A stretch of 32,000 bases of DNA, from positions 145,163 to 177,162 of the forward strand of contig NC_009930.1 in the NCBI RefSeq assembly GCF_000018105.1, in the 5' to 3' direction. Position numbers and translations under genes: made by a program. The notes beneath the pieces were generated by a model. That model ran no database searches and was not told the origin of the DNA. It saw only the letters and a list, made by a program, of their open reading frames with translations. This document shows, piece by piece, positions 16,901 through 24,035 of this stretch (positions are counted from its first letter, which is position 1; each line of letters opens with the position of its first letter). Source of the DNA: Acaryochloris marina MBIC11017. Its GTDB lineage: Bacteria > Cyanobacteriota > Cyanobacteriia > Thermosynechococcales > Thermosynechococcaceae.

Positions 16901-17075
16901 CCAGAACGGGAATCCAGGGCAAGGATAGGTGCAGGGTGGCGATGATCGATTGGAGGAGGACGATCAGGACCAACACCACGACCCCAAAGACAAACACCTC
17001 ACGGGGAATCATGAGGATATGGGGCCGCTCGTCCAGGGCGGGCGTATATTGAATCGACTTTACTTCTTCTGTCAT
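13974..17075 (-). CDS. virB4: VirB4/TrbE-family conjugation ATPase with an N-terminal VirB3-like membrane domain.
   Basis: 1033 aa. The N-terminus has 2-3 TM helices. Walker A is GTTRTGKS (nt 15195-15218) and WVVAEESTNLW is Walker-B-like. Size and position after the pilin-like gene fit. An AAGGGGGG Shine-Dalgarno sequence precedes the ATG at 17075. Confidence 0.85.
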   Translation of the reverse strand: MTEEVKSIQYTPALDERPHILMIPREVFVFGVVVLVLIVLLQSIIATLHLSLPWIPVLGLWLGLTVSYWMLLGSQPWKVMGALHPDKLRVNANLKTEKDIGSGLKKRIGKTKTIGPKTAQRKVSPAEDDIDIAAVIDFQLDPDPRCGALLLQREGKLQAVWMKDSDGIPSTSTREQARVTAEKIQEGFRDLRIGDPLTMHMGAFANCEDRIREINRQGEQCPSEPISFLLYWIRRRVRALQKRGKYQPKFLHFYIHHDLGAMGRHQDPFTSTVQSIVDWWDERRKGQQLDQRLHELLISAYDESFIHYRNFFNKCGLSARPMTPEQVWAAVYRRFNSGEVPPIPQVIVVTRESITAHRNGRRAISSVLLQNTPDYGKSVVWLPGRQMYAGGLVLNQRPNREYHPHTGRLDQLLDASSPILGDRHSVKPDALSNLEIIATFEAEPQKAVLKTSQRNTGQSNQSLVMTENRKRLDGGAIYNTRKSLEAEMKLREGGHTLKVGWMAIVYRKDKRSLDRAIQRLSSIPIFAGEKAKRETGYFDSLFLEAQPVTTSVLLKGSLAKLTEKFNRQMRETTAAAIGMMPLVMDGRPDQRGIEFISKAGSPLKVDPFGRKPHNHMILMGTTRTGKSFIVQAISTYVLSQPDTQVVIIDAGREDNTGSFDAYTQFVDASHFDAGSDFFNIFQKPDPRIMRPEQRDIAEGLFKKFLVGALKNLTTTRDDTATLIKFYTDILTNLVTAYLSEPPVQTAYANAYAEGYGTQAWRQMPCLRKFVDYIALARLPAELQSDEAEQAILRIKMSLVALMQRQSGKAISEPSSFQVDKPLVVYGLGSVQDDADMVPALLAAQASMLNQTFTRKRTWVVAEESTNLWRFESYRGIVAEWFTGKAKSGVWACWVGQSLNILLQHKDEASSILDNVGTYLVGAIKDTAVKDLTEIGFNPEIARYCTDSDFNPDRDNPPLEFASQWLIRTGGRYHFGYHYPDFASFGLTMNNLDEVELRDRIFAESNATDKYEQASALALYLQQQSEDQKVIDHV

Positions 17076-17085
17076 TAGACCCCCC

Positions 17086-17544
17086 TTAATTGGTTCCTGG
17101 ATTCACAACGCCACCGATGGGTGTGCCACCAGTGGTTGTGTTACTGGCAGTTCCAGTCGTTCCGTTCCCCAGGAGATACCCCCCGAGATAATTAATGCCA
17201 ATAATCAATAACAGTGCGGCCAGGATGGCTACGAAGGGGGCCATATAATCTTCTTCCCGCCGAAGTTTGTGAACGAGGGGGACGGCCAATGCCACAAGGA
17301 TGGCCATCACCAGGATTTGCACGACAATGAAAAAGAAATCAATCATGGCGACTGCTTTGGTGTCCTGGGATAACACTGCATTCCCCCGCAGTACATCTTT
17401 CGGGCCGCACAGCCAGCCCACGCACTGCGCGAAGGTGGGTTCACAGAAGGCGAAGGCTAGACCAATCGCGGCAAGAATGACCCACTTATATTTATTGAGA
17501 AATCGATAGAGTTGACGGCGCTGGATGGGATTGAGTCGAGACAT
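17086..17544 (-). CDS. VirB2/TrbC-like pilin candidate.
   Basis: 152 aa: a long basic leader plus signal sequence (…WVILAAIGLAFAFCEPTFAQ), two hydrophobic helices and a G/T/N-rich C-terminal tail. Confidence 0.5.
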   Translation of the reverse strand: MSRLNPIQRRQLYRFLNKYKWVILAAIGLAFAFCEPTFAQCVGWLCGPKDVLRGNAVLSQDTKAVAMIDFFFIVVQILVMAILVALAVPLVHKLRREEDYMAPFVAILAALLLIIGINYLGGYLLGNGTTGTASNTTTGGTPIGGVVNPGTN

Positions 17545-17586
17545 AGGAAATATCCTCTAAAGTATTGCTGTGTGGGCATTGAAACG

Positions 17587-17865
17587 TTATCGATAGGCTT
17601 TCCACCAAACGACCCCAGCCGTTAGGGCAGTGGTGATCAGGATAAAGACGGCCAGGGAAGCACAGATCCCAGATAAGGTACCGTTACCTGCGGTGAATGC
17701 CCATGAACCGATGTGGCTAATTCCCACGGTGATCAGGAGCAATCCAGGGCAGAACAACAGGAGAACTCGCCACGGATGGGCTTCTGTCTGATACACCATC
17801 TGCTTAATCAGGGGAAGGGCTGCTAACCATTGAATGAACACATCTGCTTTAGCTATCTTTTTCAT
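17587..17865 (-). CDS. Small integral membrane protein in the conjugation operon.
   Basis: 92 aa with 2-3 hydrophobic helices. Confidence 0.45.
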   Translation of the reverse strand: MKKIAKADVFIQWLAALPLIKQMVYQTEAHPWRVLLLFCPGLLLITVGISHIGSWAFTAGNGTLSGICASLAVFILITTALTAGVVWWKAYR

Positions 17866-17895
17866 GGCATTTGAAACCTTTAATGACGTGAGTAA

Positions 17896-18798
17896 CTACC
17901 CAGCCCAGGGGTGGAACCGATTAATAAGAACGGCTTGACGGCTGGCCTGAGCTAGATACGGCCAGGGATCTACAGGCTGACCGTTCATAATCATCTCGAT
18001 ATGAGCATGGGGGCCTGTGACTAATCCCGTTGCCCCGCTATCCCCGATATGCCAACCTTGCTCCACCCATTGACCGGGCTGAACATGAATCTTGGACAGG
18101 TGTGCATAGCGAGTCTTCAGCCCCGTACCGGGATGCTCAATCACCACGGATTTGCCATAGCCCCCTTCCCAGTCGGCATGTATAACCCGTCCGCTCAGCA
18201 TGGTTAGGGTAGGGGTGCCGTGGGGTGCGCCTAGGTCAATGCCAGCGTGGAAACTGGTATTACCCTGGACCGGATGTTCTCTCCAACCAAAAGCACTGGT
18301 AACGGCAAATATTGAGGTCAGGGGATACCCTATCGTTTCTACAATGGTTGTGGGCACGGGCTGACGATAGGCAACACCGGAAGAGGGCTGAATCTGTTGT
18401 CTTGGCTGAGGGGGAACGGATGTCTGAGGTTGCGGTGCTGGCGTTGGTAAAGGGGCCTGATAGGGAGGTTCTAGAGGCGTTGAAGGTATTTCTCCATAGG
18501 GTTGATTTGTTTCCTCTAATGCGGGTTTAGGTTGCTCCAATGGAGGAGCGAGGACCGCTGAATCATCTGCTAATGGCTCTGGAACGGGAATATCGATAGG
18601 GACTGGGGGAACCGTGGCAGTCTCCAATGGGGCATCTGTCTGAACGGCTTCGGGTTCAGGGTTTGGCTTGGTAACGACTGGCTCTGTTTCGACGGGCTTG
18701 GGTTGCTCTCCAATGGCAGGGGCAATGTTCCCCTCTCCAATAGATGGAGCTACATTGAGCTGCCCAAGGAGTGACAGGAGGATTAGAGGCTTGATCAC
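17896..18798 (-). CDS. M23 (LytM-type) metallopeptidase with a Pro-rich N-terminal region.
   Basis: Contains HAGIDLGAPHGTP...GGYGKSVVIEHPGTGLKTRYAHLSK...GDSGATGLVTGPHAHIEM, the HxxxD and HxH motifs of M23. The GTG start overlaps the upstream TGA. Confidence 0.85.
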   Translation of the reverse strand: MIKPLILLSLLGQLNVAPSIGEGNIAPAIGEQPKPVETEPVVTKPNPEPEAVQTDAPLETATVPPVPIDIPVPEPLADDSAVLAPPLEQPKPALEETNQPYGEIPSTPLEPPYQAPLPTPAPQPQTSVPPQPRQQIQPSSGVAYRQPVPTTIVETIGYPLTSIFAVTSAFGWREHPVQGNTSFHAGIDLGAPHGTPTLTMLSGRVIHADWEGGYGKSVVIEHPGTGLKTRYAHLSKIHVQPGQWVEQGWHIGDSGATGLVTGPHAHIEMIMNGQPVDPWPYLAQASRQAVLINRFHPWAG

Positions 18799-19757
18799 TT
18801 CCCCACGCCTCCATGTCCCAAAAGATTATTGAAAGTCACGGGCGGTAAGCCCGATAGCTCTAGCGCTTCTTCAATGCTGCGCCCTCGTCTAAGCCAGATA
18901 GCGGTGTCTTGAGCTTGTCCAAATTGGGGTGTGTGGGTGTTGATTTGATTCAGCCGTTCAGCCTGGTACAACCCTCTCAGGAGATAGCGGGCAATTCCAT
19001 AGTTGTCCAAGCCAGAGCGCGCGATCAGTTGCTTCTGAGTCGGCGTCTCAATCGTCGCTTTGGCCTGGAGCGTCTTGGGTGCGCGGATCAGGGGCAATGG
19101 TTCAGACTGGGCTGTTTCAGCCTTCTCTTCAGTCGTTGGCTCAACTGAATCGGGTACGTCAGACTCCTCTGTCTCTTCAGGTGCAGGCTCCTTTGCCCTT
19201 TTTGCTGGTTGGGGTTCATCGACTGGCTTGGATGCTACAAAACCAGATGAGAAAGCACTACTGAACTCCTTGGAGACCTTTAGTTTCTTAGGCTTTTTGC
19301 CTTTCTTCTCTTTGTGGATCTGCTTAACGGGCCTGGGAGGAGGTGAAAATATGTTTGTGACAGATTGAGTGGGCTGAGGCTGGGCAGCATAGACAGGTTG
19401 ATTTCCAATCAGGGTAGTGGTCTGACTGGGAATCCCCTTCACTCGCTTGAGGACATAAGATTTAGTTGTTTCCTTGCCCAGACCATCATCAATAATCAGG
19501 GTGAGGGTGGTGCTGTCCAACTTGGCCCCTGGCTTGAGTTTGACGAAGATAAATTTGGCATTGGGAATCTGGGGATGTTCACCAAAATCAAATGCCTCAA
19601 ACTGTCCAGGCCAAGCTTTGACGATCCGGGCTTGGGAGCCTTCCAGGGTAAAGGTATGCCCATGTCCTTCAGAAATTTCGACAACGGGTGTCGTCTGCGC
19701 CCGCACCATAGCGGGTACAGCGGCCATCAGTAAGGCCAAGGAGATAGATTTGTACAT
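18795..19757 (-). CDS. Secreted protein, first gene of the secretion operon. Function unknown.
   Basis: 320 aa: signal peptide MYKSISLALLMAAVPAMVRAQ, an N-terminal beta-like domain, a P/E/K-rich linker and a C-terminal helical region. Confidence 0.55.
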   Translation of the reverse strand: MYKSISLALLMAAVPAMVRAQTTPVVEISEGHGHTFTLEGSQARIVKAWPGQFEAFDFGEHPQIPNAKFIFVKLKPGAKLDSTTLTLIIDDGLGKETTKSYVLKRVKGIPSQTTTLIGNQPVYAAQPQPTQSVTNIFSPPPRPVKQIHKEKKGKKPKKLKVSKEFSSAFSSGFVASKPVDEPQPAKRAKEPAPEETEESDVPDSVEPTTEEKAETAQSEPLPLIRAPKTLQAKATIETPTQKQLIARSGLDNYGIARYLLRGLYQAERLNQINTHTPQFGQAQDTAIWLRRGRSIEEALELSGLPPVTFNNLLGHGGVGK

Positions 19758-19885
19758 GATAATTACTCGGAATGAACGATGAGAAATAGTGAGTCAATTA
19801 ATCAGTTTTCAAGGACTTAAGCACTAGAAAATATATGCCAATAGTCAAGCTAAATAGCCCAAGTTAATTAGCTAAGTACATTGAA

Positions 19886-21316
19886 TTAACTAATTTGTAA
19901 CTGATTAATTGAAAGTCTTAAAAATGGTCTAATCGAATTGAAATATTCTATTTTTGGCTTTGTCTTTTTCCTTGAGAACTGACAGTGGTGAACTAAAGGA
20001 ATCTTTAAACGAATCCTCAGTTTTACCTTCTTTTTTGAGTAACGTCCTTGAGTTTTGCCCCGACATCTCCAGCGATCTCCGCTGCGGCATCGGTATTGAT
20101 CACTTCCGCGAGGCGATCCGGGCCAATACCCCAGGAATTGAGCAATACAGTTAAGAACATGCCAAAAAGAGTCCAAAAGAAATTTCGGGCCATCCCTTAA
20201 ACCTCCTGAATCAATCTGATGAGTATTTACTCGTGAATGAGTTGGTTTATCACGATTCACAAATTGCCATAACCGCTGATACCAAACAGAGTATTGAGTT
20301 GAGGGTTCTACTGGTGCTTGAATGGCAATTTCAGGATCTGATTCTGGCAATACCTCTGTAGAGCTTTGAGATACTGTCAGTTGTGATTGGACAGGTGCAG
20401 TGTGGTTATTTTGGTGGAGACGCTTCAGTCGTTTTAGTTGAGCAACGACCACATTAAATATCTGAGACAATCCAGTTGCTAGAAAGAATTTAGCAAAGAC
20501 AAAATTGCGCCATTCCAATAGGGGGAGAGGTGGAAATTCGTTAATCTCGCCTTGAAGGAACTTCCGCAGAAGGTCTAAAGCTTGCTTGTAGAGTTTCCGT
20601 ACCTTTTTTGCGGGTAGACCCAGATAATCACTAATCTTTTGAAAAGACAGTTCTTCCCAGTGATACAGGTGCAATATTTCCCGCTGGCGAGGATGCAGCT
20701 TGTCCACTAAATCCAATAGTTCTGATGAGAGAGCGGGATCTAGGCTTCCTTGGCAATCATCTGCTTGCTGATCCAATAGCTCAAGATTCTCGCGAGTACC
20801 CGTGACACTGTTGAGGGAAACGGGCTGAGATATCTCTTGTAATGTCCTGATTCGCTTCTCTTTTATCTCGGTTCCTTCTGCTAGCTGGGCAACAGTGGCA
20901 TCCTCACCCAATACAGCAGTAGCTTTCTTTAGTTTAGAGAGCTGCTCATAGGTCGATTTAGGCAGTCGAATATGGTTTTTCTGATGAACGGCTTCAGATT
21001 GGAACTTGTAAATCTTGTCTCTACTGAAGGTACGTATATTGGCACCTTTCTCAGAACTCCATTGATCAATGGCCTTATTTAACCCAAAGTATCCTTCGCT
21101 GATCAGCTCACCATCTTCAATGCCTTTGCGGGACAAGCTTCCCCCCATAGAGCAGATCCAGGCAAGATTTGAGTAAATCACGGTTTGCCTTGCGTCGTTA
21201 TCACCATCCTGAGCTTTCAAGATCAGCTCAGCTTCTTGCTCAGGTGACAAGTTAGGATGTCGGGCGATGGTGGCGATGATATCGGGTGAGGGTCGAAGTC
21301 CAGTGCCTTTGATCAT
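19886..21316 (-). CDS. Sigma-70-family RNA polymerase sigma factor with a C-terminal extension of about 220 aa.
   Basis: Region 2 is ELISEGYFGLNKAIDQWSSEKGANIRTFSRDKIYKFQSEAV. Region 4 is LHPRQREILHLYHWEELSFQKISDYLGLPAKKVRKLYKQALDLLRK. The frame then stays open for about 220 further codons. Confidence 0.75.
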   Translation of the reverse strand: MIKGTGLRPSPDIIATIARHPNLSPEQEAELILKAQDGDNDARQTVIYSNLAWICSMGGSLSRKGIEDGELISEGYFGLNKAIDQWSSEKGANIRTFSRDKIYKFQSEAVHQKNHIRLPKSTYEQLSKLKKATAVLGEDATVAQLAEGTEIKEKRIRTLQEISQPVSLNSVTGTRENLELLDQQADDCQGSLDPALSSELLDLVDKLHPRQREILHLYHWEELSFQKISDYLGLPAKKVRKLYKQALDLLRKFLQGEINEFPPLPLLEWRNFVFAKFFLATGLSQIFNVVVAQLKRLKRLHQNNHTAPVQSQLTVSQSSTEVLPESDPEIAIQAPVEPSTQYSVWYQRLWQFVNRDKPTHSRVNTHQIDSGGLRDGPKFLLDSFWHVLNCIAQFLGYWPGSPRGSDQYRCRSGDRWRCRGKTQGRYSKKKVKLRIRLKIPLVHHCQFSRKKTKPKIEYFNSIRPFLRLSINQLQIS

Positions 21317-21539
21317 GAGTCGGTACTCCGAATGAAGGGGTGGAGTGAATGAGAGAGTGCATTAAGAGATTGAGGGGATACTCGGTTCTAGCGAATATCG
21401 GGTAAATGTAAAGTTCGATCGCAATACTGGCCATCTTTGCGGTACTGCTTGGTGTCCAGGTCAATACCATTTGCTGGTTGTTACTTGCCGTCAGCTAAAC
21501 ACCAGCAAACTGGTTGGAATTTCTGGAGTACGCTTTTTA

Positions 21540-21710
21540 TTAGTTGTGCTCAGTATCTGAAAAGTCTAAATAATGAGACTCTTCTTGAGAGATGGTCAGT
21601 TTTTGGATTTCCCCTACGGACCGATCTATCGGAACCGTCGCAGGATTCGTGAAGGCTGACGTGGATTTGATCGCCAACAGCCCAAGTGGTAAGAACGTGG
21701 TTTTAAGCAT
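21540..21710 (-). CDS. Small secreted peptide, paralog A (56 aa).
   Basis: MLKTTFLPLGLLAIKSTSA is signal-peptide-like and is followed by a 37-aa acidic tail. The start was chosen to match paralog B; the track ORF 21540..21758 has an unconserved extension. Confidence 0.45.
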   Translation of the reverse strand: MLKTTFLPLGLLAIKSTSAFTNPATVPIDRSVGEIQKLTISQEESHYLDFSDTEHN

Positions 21711-21776
21711 TTTATGTCTGGTCGAATACCTATACAGGGAACATAGGCAGAATGGCACTTGAGGTGCAAATTTGCC
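21655..21776. repeat. Direct repeat copy A (about 120 bp, period 294 bp), covering the 5' end and upstream region of peptide gene A.
   Basis: gctgacgtggatttgatcgccaacagcccaagtg... aligns with 21949-22068. Confidence 0.8.
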
Positions 21777-21791
21777 TTAACGATAGGTGTT

Positions 21792-22004
21792 TCAGTGACC
21801 GACGCCCCCGTGACATACGACCAGCACCACTAGGTTCGCCCTCTTTACCAAGTTGCTGAATTTCATTACTGGATAGGCGAAGCACCAAAGAATGCTGGGG
21901 GTTATTGAGAAAACTTGTTCGATGTGAATGGTGGCAAAATGAGCGAGAGCTGACGTGGATTTGATCGCCAACAGTCCAAGTGACAATAATGTGGTTTTGA
22001 GCAT
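21792..22004 (-). CDS. Small secreted peptide, paralog B (70 aa).
   Basis: MLKTTLLSLGLLAIKSTSA is followed by a divergent 51-aa tail. Across the first 19 codons, A and B differ at 7 nt, of which 5 are synonymous. Confidence 0.45.
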   Translation of the reverse strand: MLKTTLLSLGLLAIKSTSALAHFATIHIEQVFSITPSILWCFAYPVMKFSNLVKRANLVVLVVCHGGVGH

Positions 22005-22068
22005 TTTCTGTGTGGCTGATGAGCTACACAGGAAGGGTAGGTAGGGTCGCCCTTGAAGTGCAAATTGG
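21949..22068. repeat. Direct repeat copy B.
   Basis: gctgacgtggatttgatcgccaacagtccaagtg... ; see copy A. Confidence 0.8.
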
Positions 22069-22086
22069 AATAGTGGGTATACTGTT

Positions 22087-22109
22087 TAAGTACAGACACC
22101 TTGTACTTA
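22087..22109 (+). promoter_or_regulatory. Probable yefM-yoeB operator: 8-bp inverted repeat TAAGTACA-N7-TGTACTTA, just after a TATACT -10-like hexamer (22078-22083).
   Basis: The arms are at 22087-22094 and 22102-22109, ending 2 nt before the ATG at 22112. They contain GTACA / TGTAC half-sites like the TGTACA core of the E. coli yefM-yoeB operator. Confidence 0.5.
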
Positions 22110-22111
22110 TC

Positions 22112-22405
22112 ATGCTCTCCAAAGATATAAGCTATACCCAAGCTAGAGCGAATCTGACTGACACTCTCAATGATGTGGAAGACAATCGTTCCATTGTTGT
22201 CATTCGTCGTCGAGGGCGGCCCGGTGTAGCTTTAATTGCGGAAGATGAACTGACCAGTCTCATGGAAACAGTTCACCTATTGAAATCACCCACCAATGCT
22301 AAGCGCCTTTTCGAGGCATTGGATGAAGTACAATCAGGGGATTTCGAAGTGGCTGATAGCATTCACGAACTGGCTGAGGAGCTAGGGCTTGAGCAAGAAG
22401 CGTAG
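22112..22405 (+). CDS. yefM: Phd/YefM-family antitoxin.
   Basis: MLSKDISYTQARANLTDTLNDVEDNRSIVVIRRRGRPGVALIAEDELTSLMETVHLLKSPTNAKRL... has a typical YefM N-terminus. It lies directly upstream of, and overlaps, a YoeB-like gene. Confidence 0.85.
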   Translation: MLSKDISYTQARANLTDTLNDVEDNRSIVVIRRRGRPGVALIAEDELTSLMETVHLLKSPTNAKRLFEALDEVQSGDFEVADSIHELAEELGLEQEA

Positions 22406-22682
22406 TCTATCAGCCTCGAAAGACTCTACTGAAATCGCTTTCTCGCGTAAGTTTAGAGAAGACTTGCAGTATTGGGTTAAAACGGATCGAAAGACTGCCC
22501 TACGATTACTCGATATCGTGGATGCAATTGAGCGTGATCCCTTTAAGGGAATCGGTAAACCTGAGCCATTGAAGTTTGCTGGATCCGATTTGTGGTCTCG
22601 GAGACTGACCCAAGAACATCGAATTGTCTACTTAGTCGAACACGAGAAAGTCTATTTCTTAGCTGCCAGATTCCACTATTAG
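22389..22682 (+). CDS. yoeB: Txe/YoeB-family toxin (mRNA interferase).
   Basis: ...LQYWVKTDRKTALRLLDIVDAIERDPFKGIGKPEPLKFAGSDLWSRRLTQEHRIVYLVEHEKVYFLAARFHY parallels E. coli YoeB, including the C-terminal R(Y/F)HY. The only start in frame is TTG at 22389, so the exact start is uncertain. Confidence 0.85.
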   Translation: MSKKRSLSASKDSTEIAFSRKFREDLQYWVKTDRKTALRLLDIVDAIERDPFKGIGKPEPLKFAGSDLWSRRLTQEHRIVYLVEHEKVYFLAARFHY

Positions 22683-22765
22683 TCAGGAACATCAATATGA
22701 TGAGATACTTTCCAAGCTGAGTTCCCAGAATGATCCTTTGAATAGGAGTATCCCTGCATTGAGAC

Positions 22766-22798
22766 ACATCATCAAAGGCTCGTGACTATTGATGGTGT
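22766..22798. terminator. Hairpin between the convergent yoeB and 170-aa genes. Possible terminator, but it has no U-tract.
   Basis: acatcatcaa (22766-22775) pairs with ttgatggtgt (22789-22798): 10 bp with one G-U pair and a 13-nt loop. Confidence 0.25.
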
Positions 22799-22850
22799 CG
22801 ATCTGGACTCTAAGTTTTCTAGGTTGAAAGTCTGAGTGGATCGAGTATTT

Positions 22851-23363
22851 TTAGCAGCCTTGAAGATTCAAGGGTTGTTCATCCTGCCTTGAAGGATAGG
22901 TCAAAGCGGTGAAGAGCAGGAATACAACATCAAAGACAAGATGCAAGGCCACTTTTATCACATCCCTGAGCATCACTAAAACACCCATCAACAGGAGTCT
23001 CATTAGCGTTAATCTTGTCCGGGAGACTGAACGGGACTTGAAGGTAATCAGCTTCCCAGGTAAACAGACGAAAATCGATAGGGCGATCACGTTGACGATC
23101 AATAAGCCTAAAAGCAGGTAACCTCCAATGCCAGCTAGAAAGGAGCCTTTTTCAATGGAGGGTATCAGCTTAATCAAGGCTGCTAAGACTCCCACCATAC
23201 TTAAGGGAGCTAGCCAGCTGGGAAGGTTGATACCTTGGGTGAAATCCTTTAGTAGATGTAACCCTTTATTGAGGGCAAACCCAAACCAATCAATCTGGCA
23301 ATCTGACATCACTTGCACCCAGAGACATTGCCGATATTCTAGCCACGCTTTTAGCGTTGTCAA
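22851..23363 (-). CDS. Polytopic membrane protein, unknown function.
   Basis: A 170-aa ORF with 3-4 hydrophobic helices. Confidence 0.45.
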   Translation of the reverse strand: MTTLKAWLEYRQCLWVQVMSDCQIDWFGFALNKGLHLLKDFTQGINLPSWLAPLSMVGVLAALIKLIPSIEKGSFLAGIGGYLLLGLLIVNVIALSIFVCLPGKLITFKSRSVSRTRLTLMRLLLMGVLVMLRDVIKVALHLVFDVVFLLFTALTYPSRQDEQPLNLQGC

Positions 23364-23501
23364 TATTGGATTCAGACCCCAGGTAAGATATGCCCCAATG
23401 GTGTAGCTCTCGTCAATTCATGAACAGTTTTCTCACTGAGTCAAATCAGAATCAACGATCCAGAATAAAACCAAGTGCAGCCTGATCAGCGTGGCCTAAG
23501 C

Positions 23502-23756
23502 TCAAGAAGCAGATTTGACCTGTAATTGATTGCAAGGAATACTGTCTACTTGAAGTGCCGTTGCTAGTTCACTGGAATGGACTTCAAGGTGCGCTCTTGG
23601 CGGTGCATGGAATAGTAATTTTTGGAGTGGAAAAACGACCCGCTCAAAATACCAATTCTCAATATTGGAGATGCGGACGATTTGTACCTGGTGAGTTGGA
23701 TTTCGATAGCAGCACAAGAGCAAATCTGTCTGCTGTGACTCAAGAGTAGTATTCAT
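23502..23756 (-). CDS. DUF1830-like small cyanobacterial protein.
   Basis: LLCCYRNPTHQVQIVRISNIENWYFERVVFPLQKLLFHAPPRAHLEVH matches my recollection of the cyanobacteria-restricted DUF1830 pattern (CxYxN...IxRIxNIxxWYFERVVFPxQ...FEAP). The start was taken at ATG 23756 (MNTTLESQQ). Confidence 0.55.
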   Translation of the reverse strand: MNTTLESQQTDLLLCCYRNPTHQVQIVRISNIENWYFERVVFPLQKLLFHAPPRAHLEVHSSELATALQVDSIPCNQLQVKSAS

Positions 23757-23770
23757 AAGAAGGTATAAAA

Positions 23771-23800
23771 CAACCTTTAGAATCAAGATTCTAAAGGTTG
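23771..23800 (-). terminator. Perfect 30-bp palindrome (14-bp arms) followed on the minus strand by TTTTAT. It could be an intrinsic terminator or attenuator, or an operator, 14 nt upstream of the DUF1830-like start.
   Basis: caacctttagaatc aa gattctaaaggttg spans 23771-23800, with aaaa on the plus strand at 23767-23770. Confidence 0.4.
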
Positions 23801-24035
23801 AGCTGAGGATTTTAGACGAAAGTGATGCGCACGCTTAACGATGGATTTATGTTCTATGGGAACTGTCTAAGCAAGAACAAAATCACGCGAATTTTCAAGT
23901 CTTGCTGACAAGAACAACATTAACAAACCTAAATTTTATTCTCTGAATCGTTATATTAATTTGCAATTTTATCCTTTCTGTGTATTAGGTATCTTTGAAT
24001 ACTTTGATTTCTATACAGGATGGTTTTTGTGATGA

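Noticed and set aside
22010-22111. 102-nt N-terminal extension of the antitoxin ORF (MWLMSYTGRVGRVALEV...).
   Set aside because: YefM-family proteins start close to the MLSKDISYTQAR-type sequence. The extension would also run through the probable promoter/operator.
21252-22141. ORFs 21252..21470 (-), 21437..21652 (+) and 21902..22141 (-).
   Set aside because: They overlap the sigma gene start, the peptide genes or the repeat units in non-conserved frames. No coding signature supports them.
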